DNA of 64,000 bases from an uncultured Gammaproteobacteria bacterium (GCA_964540055.1 CAZILC010000004.1:13745-77744); one strand, 5' to 3'. Shown: positions 48,044-57,277, counted from the stretch's first letter. Made by a program: numbers and translations. The notes: generated by a model from the sequence alone, not told the origin.

Positions 48044-48619
48044 ATGGAATTTGCTCGAAAAGCCTACTTCTTCACTCTCGATCTGTTACAAACCGTTCTG
48101 CTGGCAGCATCCATTTTTCTGGTAATTTATATTTTCCTCTTCCGCCCCTTCCAGGTAAGCGGTGACTCCATGTACCCGACATTCAAAAACGGCGAATATA
48201 TCCTGACTAATCTCATCGCACTTCGCACCAACGGTCTCCAGCGGGGAGACGTCATTGTTTTCCAGGCGCCGCCTGATGCTGAAAAAGACTTTATCAAACG
48301 CGTCATCGGACTTCCCGGGGATACAGTGGAGCTCAAAAACGGTTTTGTGTATGTGAACGGCAAGAAGCTCGATGAAAGTGTCTATTTGCACAGTGATGTA
48401 CGAACGTATGGAGGAGCATTTCTGAAGGACAATCAACCGATTACCGTCCCCGCGGACAATTATTTCGTAATGGGAGATAATAGGCCTTTCAGTTCGGATT
48501 CACGTGAATGGGGCTTACTCCCCCGTCCCAAAGTCATAGGAAAATCCTTCTTCGTCTATTGGCCGGTAACGAACATGAGACTAGTACATAATCCATTCCC
48601 TCCGGACTTACAGAAGTAA
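48044..48619 (+). CDS. lepB: Signal peptidase I
   Basis: It has an N-terminal TM, SGDSMYPTF (catalytic Ser), KRVIGLPGD (Lys) and GDNRPFSSDSREWG. Confidence 0.9.
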   Translation: MEFARKAYFFTLDLLQTVLLAASIFLVIYIFLFRPFQVSGDSMYPTFKNGEYILTNLIALRTNGLQRGDVIVFQAPPDAEKDFIKRVIGLPGDTVELKNGFVYVNGKKLDESVYLHSDVRTYGGAFLKDNQPITVPADNYFVMGDNRPFSSDSREWGLLPRPKVIGKSFFVYWPVTNMRLVHNPFPPDLQK

Positions 48620-48725
48620 GATTGCAATTTTTCCCAAAGGGATCCCTTCGGGACAATCAATTCAAATATTTAAAATTTGCAAAATTGCGTAATTGGAACC
48701 TTCAATGACAATTGGAAATTGTAAA

Positions 48726-49547
48726 TTATTTAGTGAGGATTTCGTGGATTTGTTTTAGTTTTTCTGTTGTCACATCAGGTGTTCCTTTCATGATGACGGT
48801 AACACGAGCGAGTTTGCTTGACTGGAAGATCTGAACTTTATCAAAGGTGTATCGCTCTTCAATTTCTTTTGCCATCTGGTCCTGTTCTGGAACCCAGAGC
48901 TGATCTTTTGGTGCTGGTGGCTCTTTCTTCTGAACTTCACCTTTAACTTTTCTTGCCAACTCTTCAGTCTGACGTACCGTGTAATTATCGCGTAGAATTG
49001 TTTTAAACACATCCAACATCAACTTTGTGTCTCCAAGTGACAACAAAGGCCTTACATGACCTTCTGTGATAACTCCTGCAACCAATGCATCTTTGATAGC
49101 ATCAGGCAATGATAACAATCTAATCGTGTTACTAACAGCCGGGACACTTTTACCAACTCTTTTTGCAACTTCTGTCGTTCCGAGCCCGAATTCATCAATC
49201 AGTCTTCGATATGCGAGAGCTTTTTCAATTGGATTGAGGTCTTCACGCTGAACGTTCTCAACGATTGACATTTCAAGCATTCTTTGAGGAGTCGTCTCTT
49301 TAACAACGACCGGCACATGTTGCAAACCAAGCACTTTTGCTGCTCTCCAGCGGCGTTCTCCCGCAATAATCTGAAACCCTGCAGGAGTTTTTGCAACGAC
49401 TATTGGTTCAAGAATTCCCTGTTCACGGATGGATTCTACGAGATCAGTGAGAGAGTCGGGGGTGATAACGCCACGTGGTTGAAGAGGATTTGATTGTAAT
49501 TGACTTGTTTCTAATTCGTGTATTTTGTCGCTTGCTAAGTTATCCAT
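48726..49547 (-). CDS. parB: ParB/Spo0J-family partition protein
   Basis: Motifs are EPIVV...IIAGERRWRAAK and an HTH region LGTTEVAKRVGKSVPAVSNTIRLL. Confidence 0.85.
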   Translation of the reverse strand: MDNLASDKIHELETSQLQSNPLQPRGVITPDSLTDLVESIREQGILEPIVVAKTPAGFQIIAGERRWRAAKVLGLQHVPVVVKETTPQRMLEMSIVENVQREDLNPIEKALAYRRLIDEFGLGTTEVAKRVGKSVPAVSNTIRLLSLPDAIKDALVAGVITEGHVRPLLSLGDTKLMLDVFKTILRDNYTVRQTEELARKVKGEVQKKEPPAPKDQLWVPEQDQMAKEIEERYTFDKVQIFQSSKLARVTVIMKGTPDVTTEKLKQIHEILTK

Positions 49548-49791
49548 GGATTACCTCAACATATTTCTTGCCTCTGAGAGTCTTAAAATTGACTTTGCCG
49601 TCACTGATTGCAAATAAGGTGAAATCTTTTCCCATTGCAACGCCTACTCCGGCATTAAATTTGCTACCTTTTTGACGGACGAGAATATTACCGATTGCTG
49701 CTGATTCTCCACCGTACATTTTGACACCACGGCGTTTTGGACGTGAGTCTCTATTTCCTTTTACCGATCCTTGTGCTTTTGTATGTGCCAT
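49540..49791 (-). CDS. rpmA: 50S ribosomal protein L27
   Basis: MAHTKAQGSVKGNRDSRPKRRGVK...RQKGSKFNAGVGVGMGKD-type sequence. Confidence 0.95.
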   Translation of the reverse strand: MAHTKAQGSVKGNRDSRPKRRGVKMYGGESAAIGNILVRQKGSKFNAGVGVAMGKDFTLFAISDGKVNFKTLRGKKYVEVIHG

Positions 49792-49880
49792 ATTTTTCTT
49801 TCTGTGAAAATTTAACTTATCTTACGATACCTTTTCACATATGTCAAGCCCCTGTTATCGTATAATCTTTTGGAAAGTCG

Positions 49881-50225
49881 CTATTTTTTCGGGGCTGTTT
49901 TCTTTTCTGGTTTTGCATCCAGACTGGTGATCTCAACTCGGGTTAACTGTGCTCGAAATCCATTAACTTTACGATATCGTGCTTTTGCTTTGAATTTCGC
50001 AACGCGAATTTTATCACCTTTCACTTGCTCCAGAACCTTTGCCGCAACGGCAACATTTTCAAGATATGGTGCCCCAATAGTGACAGTATCGCCATCAACT
50101 GCGAGTAACACTTTATCAAGTGCATACATTGCCCCAGGCTCTGCTTGTACTTTATCAATCTCCAAAACCTGTCCCTGAGTAACTTTATATTGCTTGCCGC
50201 CGCTTGTAACTATCGCGTATTTCAT
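49881..50225 (-). CDS. rplU: 50S ribosomal protein L21
   Basis: Motifs are MKYAIVTSGGKQYKV and RVAKFKAKARYRK. An extended -10 TGGTATAAT (50237..50245) lies 11 nt upstream of the ATG. Confidence 0.9.
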   Translation of the reverse strand: MKYAIVTSGGKQYKVTQGQVLEIDKVQAEPGAMYALDKVLLAVDGDTVTIGAPYLENVAVAAKVLEQVKGDKIRVAKFKAKARYRKVNGFRAQLTRVEITSLDAKPEKKTAPKK

Positions 50226-50251
50226 AGATATTGCAAATTATACCAGACTTA

Positions 50252-51328
50252 CTATCTAATTTCCAGCACATTCTTGTGTTTTTCACCACGAAGCATAGCA
50301 GTGAGCATTCCTAGGAAAATAAAATTAGAAAGAAGCGAACTGCCGCCGAATGAGACAAATGGTAATGGAACTCCCACTATCGGCATAATGCCCAGATTCA
50401 TACCAATATTTACAAATGCCGGCAAGAGAAAAAATCCAAAAGCACACGCTGCAAAAATTCGAACAAACCTATCCTTACTGCCTCCAAAAATTTTGAAAAT
50501 CCGATAACAAAGAACAAGTAATGAAGCAAGAATAATTACCGCACCGATAAAGCCTAGTCCTTCGGAAATCGTTGCAAAAATAAAATCTGTCTGGCGCTCA
50601 GGAAGAAAGCGCAGACCTGATTGTGTTCCTTCAGACAAACCTTTTCCTAGAAACGTTCCGGAACCGACCGCGATGAGTGCTTGAATGCTGTTATAGGAAA
50701 CTCCAAGCGGATCGGCTTGAGGATTGAGAAATGTTAAAATTCTCGTTCGCTGATACGCGTGTAATTTCTCCCAAATGACCGGCATAAGAATAAGTACCGG
50801 CAAAAAAAGATAGACAAACCACCTATACGGATACCCGTCAATTAGCAGTGCAAATAACGCTACCAATATATAAAGAAGCGCACTTCCCAAATCCGGCTGA
50901 AAATAAACAAGAAAAAAGATCGGCAGGACAAAGAGAAAGGACATGAGAAACGACTTACGCTCAACAGTGGTTTGTTCGGCTAGATATGCAGCAAAAATGA
51001 GAGACAAAAACGGTTTGAGAATTTCAGAAAATTGCAGACGAATCCCGAGAATATCAATCCACCTCACTGCTCCATGACTTTCAATACCAATGGCAAGGGT
51101 AATTAATAAAAAAACTACAGCAAGTATATAAATAGAACCTTTAAATTGCTTAAAAAAGGCAATATTTATTTGAGAAAACGCAAAAAAAGCAACTAATGCG
51201 ATGATAAGTGAAATAAGCTGCGTTTTGAAATAAGCGAAATTAAGAGAAAGCAGCGTCACGAGACTAATTGAAATAAGAATAATAACCGGAAGTAACAAAA
51301 AAAAATCAATACGGAGAAGATTCTTCAT
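50252..51328 (-). CDS. SEDS-family peptidoglycan glycosyltransferase (RodA/FtsW)
   Basis: 358 aa with about 10 TM, PERQTDFIFATISEGLGFIGA and MPIVGVPLPFVSFGGSS. Confidence 0.85.
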   Translation of the reverse strand: MKNLLRIDFFLLLPVIILISISLVTLLSLNFAYFKTQLISLIIALVAFFAFSQINIAFFKQFKGSIYILAVVFLLITLAIGIESHGAVRWIDILGIRLQFSEILKPFLSLIFAAYLAEQTTVERKSFLMSFLFVLPIFFLVYFQPDLGSALLYILVALFALLIDGYPYRWFVYLFLPVLILMPVIWEKLHAYQRTRILTFLNPQADPLGVSYNSIQALIAVGSGTFLGKGLSEGTQSGLRFLPERQTDFIFATISEGLGFIGAVIILASLLVLCYRIFKIFGGSKDRFVRIFAACAFGFFLLPAFVNIGMNLGIMPIVGVPLPFVSFGGSSLLSNFIFLGMLTAMLRGEKHKNVLEIR

Positions 51329-51405
51329 AAATTTTCAATTTTCAAATTTGAAACATTGTATCATTGTACATTGATTGAAAATTGGAAATTGGAAATTAAC
51401 CAACG

Positions 51406-54234
51406 CTACTCAAGCCTTTTAACTCCAAACTCACCCTTACTTAGTTTATTAACCAATGCCTGTTGCTTGATATACTCTTCAAATGAAGCAGGCCAACTCT
51501 CAAGTGTTACCGAAACTTCTTCATCCAAACTTGTACCAAGTTTCTTTCGTTCTTCCTGAATCGAGCGAACTATTTCGCGAGCTTTTCCCTCAGCGATCAG
51601 CTCGTCAGTCAATTTGGTATCCAGTTTCACCACAGTTTCACCCATCAAGATATCACTAAACGTTACTTTTTTAACATTTAATTCATCGCGGATCAGATGA
51701 TCGAGATTGTCTTTGAACTTCGCTTCTTTATCCCCTGGTGAAATGGTAATTTGTGCCAAAGGCTGTTTGACTTTGATTTGCTGTTCTTTACGTTGAGCAA
51801 GACCCAATTCAACAATTTTTCTGACATACTGCATTTGCGCGATTAATGTTTTATTGATGCGTTTAGTATCAACATCAGGCCAGTACGAAAGATGCACCGA
51901 TTCCTCGCCGGTCAAATTTTTGTAGATTTCTTCTGAGATGAAAGGAACAATCGGTGCCAATAATTGCGTCACTGTTGTCAGAACTTCATAGGTTGTCTGA
52001 TAAAAAGCATGTTTATCATCCTCATCCGGCGCAGACGGACCCACTCGATCTCGACTTCTTCTGATGTACCAGGTTGAAAAATCAGTCACAAAATCCCGGA
52101 TTTTGTCAATCGCGACCACACAATCATAAGAATCCAAATTTTTCGTCACATCAGCTTTTAATTGTTCAAGCAGACTGAGAATCCACTCATCCAAAACATT
52201 TTGACTCGTCATTTTATCTTTTCCTAAACTCGGTTTCCATTTATCCAAGTTGGCATAGGTCACAAAAAAGTTGTAGACATTCCAAAGAATCAACATTGTT
52301 GAGCGTACCTGCATTTTGTACTGCTCTTCTGAAATAAGCACATCTTCCCCATGCATGACAGGACTGCCGAGAAGGTACAAACGCAACGCATCACCGCCAT
52401 ATTTCTCAAGCATTTCCCGTGGATCCGGATAATTCTTGAAATTCTTACTCATCTTGCGCCCATCCGAGCCCAAAATAACGCCCGTTACGGTAACATTTTT
52501 AAATGCTTTGGATTTATACAATGCCGCACCGATGACATGCAAAACATAAAACCATGCCCGGATTTGTCCTGTGTACTCGGAAATGAAATCAGGTGGGAAG
52601 AAATCTTCGAGCTTTTCTGATGTTTCAAATGGGAAATGCCTTTCAGCAAACGATGCAGATCCTGCCTCAATCCAGCTGTCTAACACTTCAGGAACACGTT
52701 TCACTTTTTTTCCGCATTTCTCACATGTGACTGTCACGTCATCAATCTCGGGTTTGTGCAGTTCTTTAATCTTTTTGCCAGATGCTTCCTCTAATTCTTT
52801 GATTGATCCGGGGACAAATCTTTCACCACATTCACATTCCCAGACTGGGACAGGCGATCCCCAGTAGCGATTGCGCGAGATATTCCAGTCCGGTGCATTT
52901 TCCAAACTTTTAAGAAAGCGGCCATTTTTGAAATGCTTAGGGAACCAATTAACCTGCTCATTGGTCTCCTTCATCAACGGCTTTAATTTTTGAACATCCA
53001 CAAACCACGCATCAATTGGGGCATAGTACAACCTTGTGTGACAGCGCCAGCAAAGTGGGACACGATGCGGTTGGGTTTGAATTTTATACAGGAGTCCTCG
53101 CTTTTGAAGATCTTCATCAACGAGTTTGTTGGCTTTCAAATAATATAATCCTCCGAAATGTGGCACATCTTCTTTGATATGTCCTTCTTCATCCAAATGC
53201 ATCTCGACATGGACATTGAATTCCCGCATCACCTTCATGTCTTCCTCACCATAAGCAGCAATCGTTACAATACCTGTTCCTTCCTCTGCAGTGACAAAAT
53301 CGCCAAGAATTATTTCAAAAATCTTTTTACCCTTTTGGACCTTATTTTTATAATAATCATAATGAGGCTCAAATTTGATTTCGGCCAGATCTTTTCCTTT
53401 GATATGTTCAACAATATCAAATTTGCCATTTAACGTTTTTATTGTCGACTCAGCAAGAATATAATATTCGTCACCTTGTTTTACCTTAACGTAGGTTAAT
53501 TTTGGATTGACAGCGAGAGCGGTTGTAACTAATTTATTCCATGGAGTAGTTGACCATGCAAGAAAGTATGTGTCTTTTTCACCTTCTAATCTGTATTTAT
53601 AGGTAGTTGTATCATCCTGAATTTCTTTATAATTATCAGCATCCATCGCGACTTCGAAATTTGAGATCGGTGTTGCGCAATGAGGGCAATATAATGAAAC
53701 CCGAAGGCCTTTATAGACAAATCCTTTATCATACATTTGTTTGAACACCCACATCACGGATTCCATATAATCCGTATCCCAGGTTTTGTAGGCATTTTTG
53801 AAATCAACCCAACGGCCGATGTGATCGACATACCATTCCCAGTCGCCTGAAATGACATTGACATAATGCTTGCACTCTTCAATAAATTTCTTAACGCCGA
53901 CAACTTCCTCGATATCTTTTTTACTCTTAAGTTCCAACTCGTTCTCAACCTTATTCTCAATCGGCAACCCATGCCCATCCCATCCCCAAACGCGTCTGAC
54001 CTGATACCCTTTCATCGTCCAGTATCGCCCAAACAAATCCTTAGACAAACTTGATAGTAATGAACCATAATGGGGCATACCCGTGACGAAGGGAGGACCA
54101 TCTAAAAATGTCCAGCGTTTATCCGCAGGTCGTGAAGTAATGGATTTTTCGAAAATATTATTTTTTTTCCAGTATGCGTTAATTTCCTCTTCCAATTTCG
54201 CAAATTCAACTTTAGGAGTGACGGGTTTAAACAT
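51406..54234 (-). CDS. ileS: Isoleucine--tRNA ligase, type 2 (eukaryote-like)
   Basis: Motifs are GPPFVTGMPHYGS, GWDGHGLPIE and KMSKNFKNYPDP. I prefer the ATG at 54234 (MFKPVTPK) because a promoter sits directly upstream of it. Confidence 0.9.
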   Translation of the reverse strand: MFKPVTPKVEFAKLEEEINAYWKKNNIFEKSITSRPADKRWTFLDGPPFVTGMPHYGSLLSSLSKDLFGRYWTMKGYQVRRVWGWDGHGLPIENKVENELELKSKKDIEEVVGVKKFIEECKHYVNVISGDWEWYVDHIGRWVDFKNAYKTWDTDYMESVMWVFKQMYDKGFVYKGLRVSLYCPHCATPISNFEVAMDADNYKEIQDDTTTYKYRLEGEKDTYFLAWSTTPWNKLVTTALAVNPKLTYVKVKQGDEYYILAESTIKTLNGKFDIVEHIKGKDLAEIKFEPHYDYYKNKVQKGKKIFEIILGDFVTAEEGTGIVTIAAYGEEDMKVMREFNVHVEMHLDEEGHIKEDVPHFGGLYYLKANKLVDEDLQKRGLLYKIQTQPHRVPLCWRCHTRLYYAPIDAWFVDVQKLKPLMKETNEQVNWFPKHFKNGRFLKSLENAPDWNISRNRYWGSPVPVWECECGERFVPGSIKELEEASGKKIKELHKPEIDDVTVTCEKCGKKVKRVPEVLDSWIEAGSASFAERHFPFETSEKLEDFFPPDFISEYTGQIRAWFYVLHVIGAALYKSKAFKNVTVTGVILGSDGRKMSKNFKNYPDPREMLEKYGGDALRLYLLGSPVMHGEDVLISEEQYKMQVRSTMLILWNVYNFFVTYANLDKWKPSLGKDKMTSQNVLDEWILSLLEQLKADVTKNLDSYDCVVAIDKIRDFVTDFSTWYIRRSRDRVGPSAPDEDDKHAFYQTTYEVLTTVTQLLAPIVPFISEEIYKNLTGEESVHLSYWPDVDTKRINKTLIAQMQYVRKIVELGLAQRKEQQIKVKQPLAQITISPGDKEAKFKDNLDHLIRDELNVKKVTFSDILMGETVVKLDTKLTDELIAEGKAREIVRSIQEERKKLGTSLDEEVSVTLESWPASFEEYIKQQALVNKLSKGEFGVKRLE

Positions 54235-54241
54235 GAATACA

Positions 54242-54270
54242 ATTCTACTTGAAATGCCACGACAATTCAA
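54242..54270 (-). promoter_or_regulatory. Sigma70-like promoter, TTGAAT-17 nt-TAGAAT
   Basis: On the minus strand the -10 ends 7 nt before the ileS ATG, giving a leaderless geometry. Confidence 0.45.
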
Positions 54271-54329
54271 GGCTAATACATTATCTCATATCTATTGAAA
54301 ATTTAGTCGTGAAAAATTAGTCGAAGAAA

Positions 54330-54884
54330 CTACCTTGCACACCAATAACAGAGATTAGTCCCACCTTGGGATTTACATGAGGTTCCCTGAGCACCTCCTT
54401 GGGTGTATTTAGTATTTGGATCCAGCTGTTGCGAATTTGACTGCGGCTCAAAACAAGCTACTGTATCGGTAGCATTTCCGCTTTGCGGGTCAGGATTGGT
54501 AATAATAACTTTTGAGAGATTTGCTGTCTGTGAGAATGATGCTTTCAGTTCTCCATTTGAAACGAGGGTGGTGATACAATTCGCAAGACTGTTCAATGGT
54601 ACTGCATTGAGGGTGTTTCCCCCACTGTAACAGTTGGCGCCACCATTGGCTACACTAAACCATGGCAGAGCATTGATTGTTGAATAATAACTGGTATTTG
54701 CTCCAACAAATTCAGTCGCAATATTTTTAAGACTGGTATCCTGACCTTTTCGAAGCTGTTCAACAGGATTGATAGCTGCAAGAAGTGCTGCCGCAAGGAT
54801 ACCGAGAATACCGAGTACAACAAGAAGTTCGATAAGGGTAAACCCTTTATGTGAAGAAAATAAGTTTCGAAACTTTATACTCAT
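54330..54884 (-). CDS. Type IV pilin-like protein (prepilin N-terminal cleavage/methylation domain)
   Basis: It carries KGFTLIELLVVLGILGILAA and C-terminal Cys residues. I prefer the ATG at 54884 because the GTG at 54923 falls inside the promoter spacer. Confidence 0.8.
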   Translation of the reverse strand: MSIKFRNLFSSHKGFTLIELLVVLGILGILAAALLAAINPVEQLRKGQDTSLKNIATEFVGANTSYYSTINALPWFSVANGGANCYSGGNTLNAVPLNSLANCITTLVSNGELKASFSQTANLSKVIITNPDPQSGNATDTVACFEPQSNSQQLDPNTKYTQGGAQGTSCKSQGGTNLCYWCAR

Positions 54885-54900
54885 AGTATCTATCACAATA

Positions 54901-54930
54901 ATTACAACATACTTTGAATTCACTTGTCAA
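54901..54930 (-). promoter_or_regulatory. Sigma70-like promoter, TTGACA-18 nt-TGTAAT
   Basis: On the minus strand it lies 16 nt upstream of the pilin ATG. Confidence 0.4.
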
Positions 54931-54975
54931 TAAGAAATAGTAGAGCCAATTCTTTTCTTACAATTGTGACTTTTA

Positions 54976-55794
54976 TCACTTAATTTGCTCTCTGCCGAAG
55001 ACATACAAACTGGCAAGCAGAATAAATAATTGGAGAATACTAATAATATAATCAAAACCGGATGCTCCCGACTGAGAAATAGATGGTGCTAGTACACCAT
55101 AAATAAGAGATCCACTGTAAAATAAGCCATTCGCGACCAGGGTTGTTCTCCACCAATTCCATCGATACATTTTATACTGCAAAATTACCCACAACCAGAA
55201 GATAACCATGGGGACAAAAAGAATTACGATAAAAGTGAATGAATACGTATCAACAGTTGCTTTCGAATTTCCGCCACCTATCATAAAAAAAGATGCAATA
55301 AATAGAAATACCGAAATTACAAATGAATATCCCCACAAAGCCATCTGGATCATTCCCCATTTAGGAAAAGTTTTATGTTTTGGAACTTTTTTTTCTTCAG
55401 GGTACACCTGCTCCTTAGTCAGTCGGTACATAGCATACAAAAGCGGTATATCTATGGCGACACCGGCGATTGCATTAATAAGCAAATTGTTATCATCTTT
55501 ATAAATTGTTAAAAAGCTAAGTGATGATAGGATCGGAACAGTAGGAAATAAAGCGTAAATGAGGTATATAATATCAATCAAAATATAAATTCCCAAAAAA
55601 TACTGCCAGAAAAGTCTGGGAACAAATCGCTCATGAAATACATATTCAAATAACCCAAAAAGAGCAATTAAAAATATAACTGTCATCACAACTTGGGTAA
55701 AGATATGATATCCTGGGTCAAGGAACAAACCAGAAACCCCAAGTATCGCCTCCCCAACCGCAAGAAGAAAATACAATCTCCACAATATATTCAT
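54976..55794 (-). CDS. Hypothetical polytopic membrane protein
   Basis: 272 aa with about 8 hydrophobic spans and no recognisable motif. Confidence 0.45.
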   Translation of the reverse strand: MNILWRLYFLLAVGEAILGVSGLFLDPGYHIFTQVVMTVIFLIALFGLFEYVFHERFVPRLFWQYFLGIYILIDIIYLIYALFPTVPILSSLSFLTIYKDDNNLLINAIAGVAIDIPLLYAMYRLTKEQVYPEEKKVPKHKTFPKWGMIQMALWGYSFVISVFLFIASFFMIGGGNSKATVDTYSFTFIVILFVPMVIFWLWVILQYKMYRWNWWRTTLVANGLFYSGSLIYGVLAPSISQSGASGFDYIISILQLFILLASLYVFGREQIK

Positions 55795-55857
55795 AATTAA
55801 ATCTTTGAAATTATAGCAAACTATAACAAAAAATGTGAAAATGAAGACTTTCTGAAA

Positions 55858-55873
55858 CCTGCCTGCCGGCAGG
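55858..55873 (-). terminator. GC-rich hairpin CCTGCC-nnnn-GGCAGG (16-mer CCTGCCTGCCGGCAGG), copy 1
   Basis: It lies 8 nt downstream of the stop at 55882. The transcript reads CCUGCC-GGCA-GGCAGG followed by UUUC. The same 16-mer recurs inverted at 62639..62654. Confidence 0.4.
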
Positions 55874-55881
55874 GCTTTAGC

Positions 55882-57198
55882 TTAAAGGCAGGAGTAATCG
55901 TAGTCGAAATTATTAAGGGTGAATTGCGTGATTTGAATTGTACCGCCAGTTGTGAGAGACGAGAGGGAACAATTTGATTGTGCTCCTGGCAAATCTGATG
56001 CGCCTGGTCTCCAATTGGCAAGACCGTTAAGATTGCTGTCTGATGGGACTGTGCCGACAATGGTTGACCACATGAATGTTGTTGAATAAATGCCGACTTT
56101 GATATTTTGCGACTGAAGATAGGTCACCATGGCTTCAAGATCTACTCTGTTTCTCATTAACGCATCATCCGATCCACTATCCCATGAATTTGCCGTCTCA
56201 ACATCAAGCCACCATTGATAATCACTTGGTGTCGTATCAACTCCTACAGCTTGTGCAGCCGGGATAAATTTATTCTGTATATCATCAACAGCTCTATTCC
56301 AGCCGTATTGCCATGCACATGCGTTTGAGACTGAGCCATCACAGGTACCGTAAGGATTTGGCGAGGAATTACCTCTTGGGTCCGTATTGTTTGATGGCCA
56401 TTGCCCAGCTTGTCCCGGATTACCAGTGTTGAGATACAATTGTACTTTTGCCTGATTTTGAGTACCCAATGATTGTTGTGCCCAGAGAAGCTGCGTACTC
56501 AAACAAGGATTTGTCGTGGTCGCAATTCCTCCATTTACTCCAACTATGCCAAACCCCTGCCCAGTGGGTAGTGTCTGGCCGCATTGAGGATAGGAAATAT
56601 CATTGCCGAGTTTGGTAATTGTTGGCGTGGGAGTCGGAATTGCAGTTGGAGTCGCCGTAGGAGTCAAATCAGTCGTTGGAGTGGGAGTAACAGTTGCTGT
56701 AGGTGTCGGTGTGAGGGTCATTGTTGGAGTTGGTGTGGCAGTAGGCGTTGGTGAAACTGAAACCGTAGGCGTTGCGGTTGGAGTAGCAGTTGGTGTTGGA
56801 GTGACACGCATCGTTGGCGTTGGTGTTGCAGTTGGTGTAACTGAAACAGTTGGTGTTGGCGTAAGTGTCATTATGGACGTTGGCGTAGCATTTGGAGTAA
56901 TAGAAACTGTTGGTGTTGGCGTAGGTGTTGCTGAAATCGTAGGAGTAGGTGTCATCGTTGCTGCTGGAGTTACACTAACCGTGGGTGTTGGCATATCTGT
57001 CGGCAGCGGATCAGCTGTCGGAGTAAGTGAAGGTTCATCGCTAATGATTGGAGAAGGCATATCGGTAGGAGTACCTGAAACTACAATTGTCGGTGTCGGG
57101 GTGATATTTGTTGGGAAATCTACTGGGGTGAAAGGAAATGATGAAGAGCTGAGAAAGAGCGAAAGGAAGTGAAAACACGTGAGCAGCAAGTGATACAT
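55882..57198 (-). CDS. Secreted protein: signal peptide + ~165-aa Thr/Pro repeat stalk + GH25-like (lysozyme-type) C-terminal domain
   Basis: It has the hydrophobic N-terminus MYHLLLTCFHFLSLFL. The TPTPT(V/A)... repeats span residues ~30-194. The C-domain carries GNDISYPQCG, FGIVGVNGG and WWLDVE. The GH25-like call comes from motif memory only. Confidence 0.45.
   Translation of the reverse strand: MYHLLLTCFHFLSLFLSSSSFPFTPVDFPTNITPTPTIVVSGTPTDMPSPIISDEPSLTPTADPLPTDMPTPTVSVTPAATMTPTPTISATPTPTPTVSITPNATPTSIMTLTPTPTVSVTPTATPTPTMRVTPTPTATPTATPTVSVSPTPTATPTPTMTLTPTPTATVTPTPTTDLTPTATPTAIPTPTPTITKLGNDISYPQCGQTLPTGQGFGIVGVNGGIATTTNPCLSTQLLWAQQSLGTQNQAKVQLYLNTGNPGQAGQWPSNNTDPRGNSSPNPYGTCDGSVSNACAWQYGWNRAVDDIQNKFIPAAQAVGVDTTPSDYQWWLDVETANSWDSGSDDALMRNRVDLEAMVTYLQSQNIKVGIYSTTFMWSTIVGTVPSDSNLNGLANWRPGASDLPGAQSNCSLSSLTTGGTIQITQFTLNNFDYDYSCL
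56617..57111 (-). repeat. Coding tandem low-complexity repeat (TPTPTxSVTPTATP units)
   Basis: The DNA is visibly periodic (ggtgttgg / gttggagt units on the plus strand). It generates the GVGVGV shadow ORF at 56603..57172. Confidence 0.8.
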
Positions 57199-57277
57199 AA
57201 ATAAAATTAAACCACAATTTATATTGTCCTGTCAAGCTTTATTTATCTACGCATAAAATGAACGTACATTGATCAGT

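Noticed and set aside
51371-51400. The GGAAATT-GGAAATT tandem and nearby short repeats as a possible CRISPR or other array.
   Set aside because: There are only two 7-nt units, with no spacer-repeat periodicity and no cas genes. It is ordinary AT-rich intergenic low complexity.
54271-54329. A possible T-box or other riboswitch leader upstream of ileS, including the near-repeat ATTTAGTCG / AATTAGTCG.
   Set aside because: A near-consensus promoter places the -10 only 7 nt from the ATG. That leaves no room for a ~200-nt T-box leader, and the repeat lies upstream of the promoter.
56603-57172. A 189-aa plus-strand ORF encoding GVGVGVAVGV repeats.
   Set aside because: It is the antisense shadow of the Thr/Pro repeat (ACN/CCN codons read backwards). 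The minus-strand gene has a signal peptide and a real C-terminal domain.
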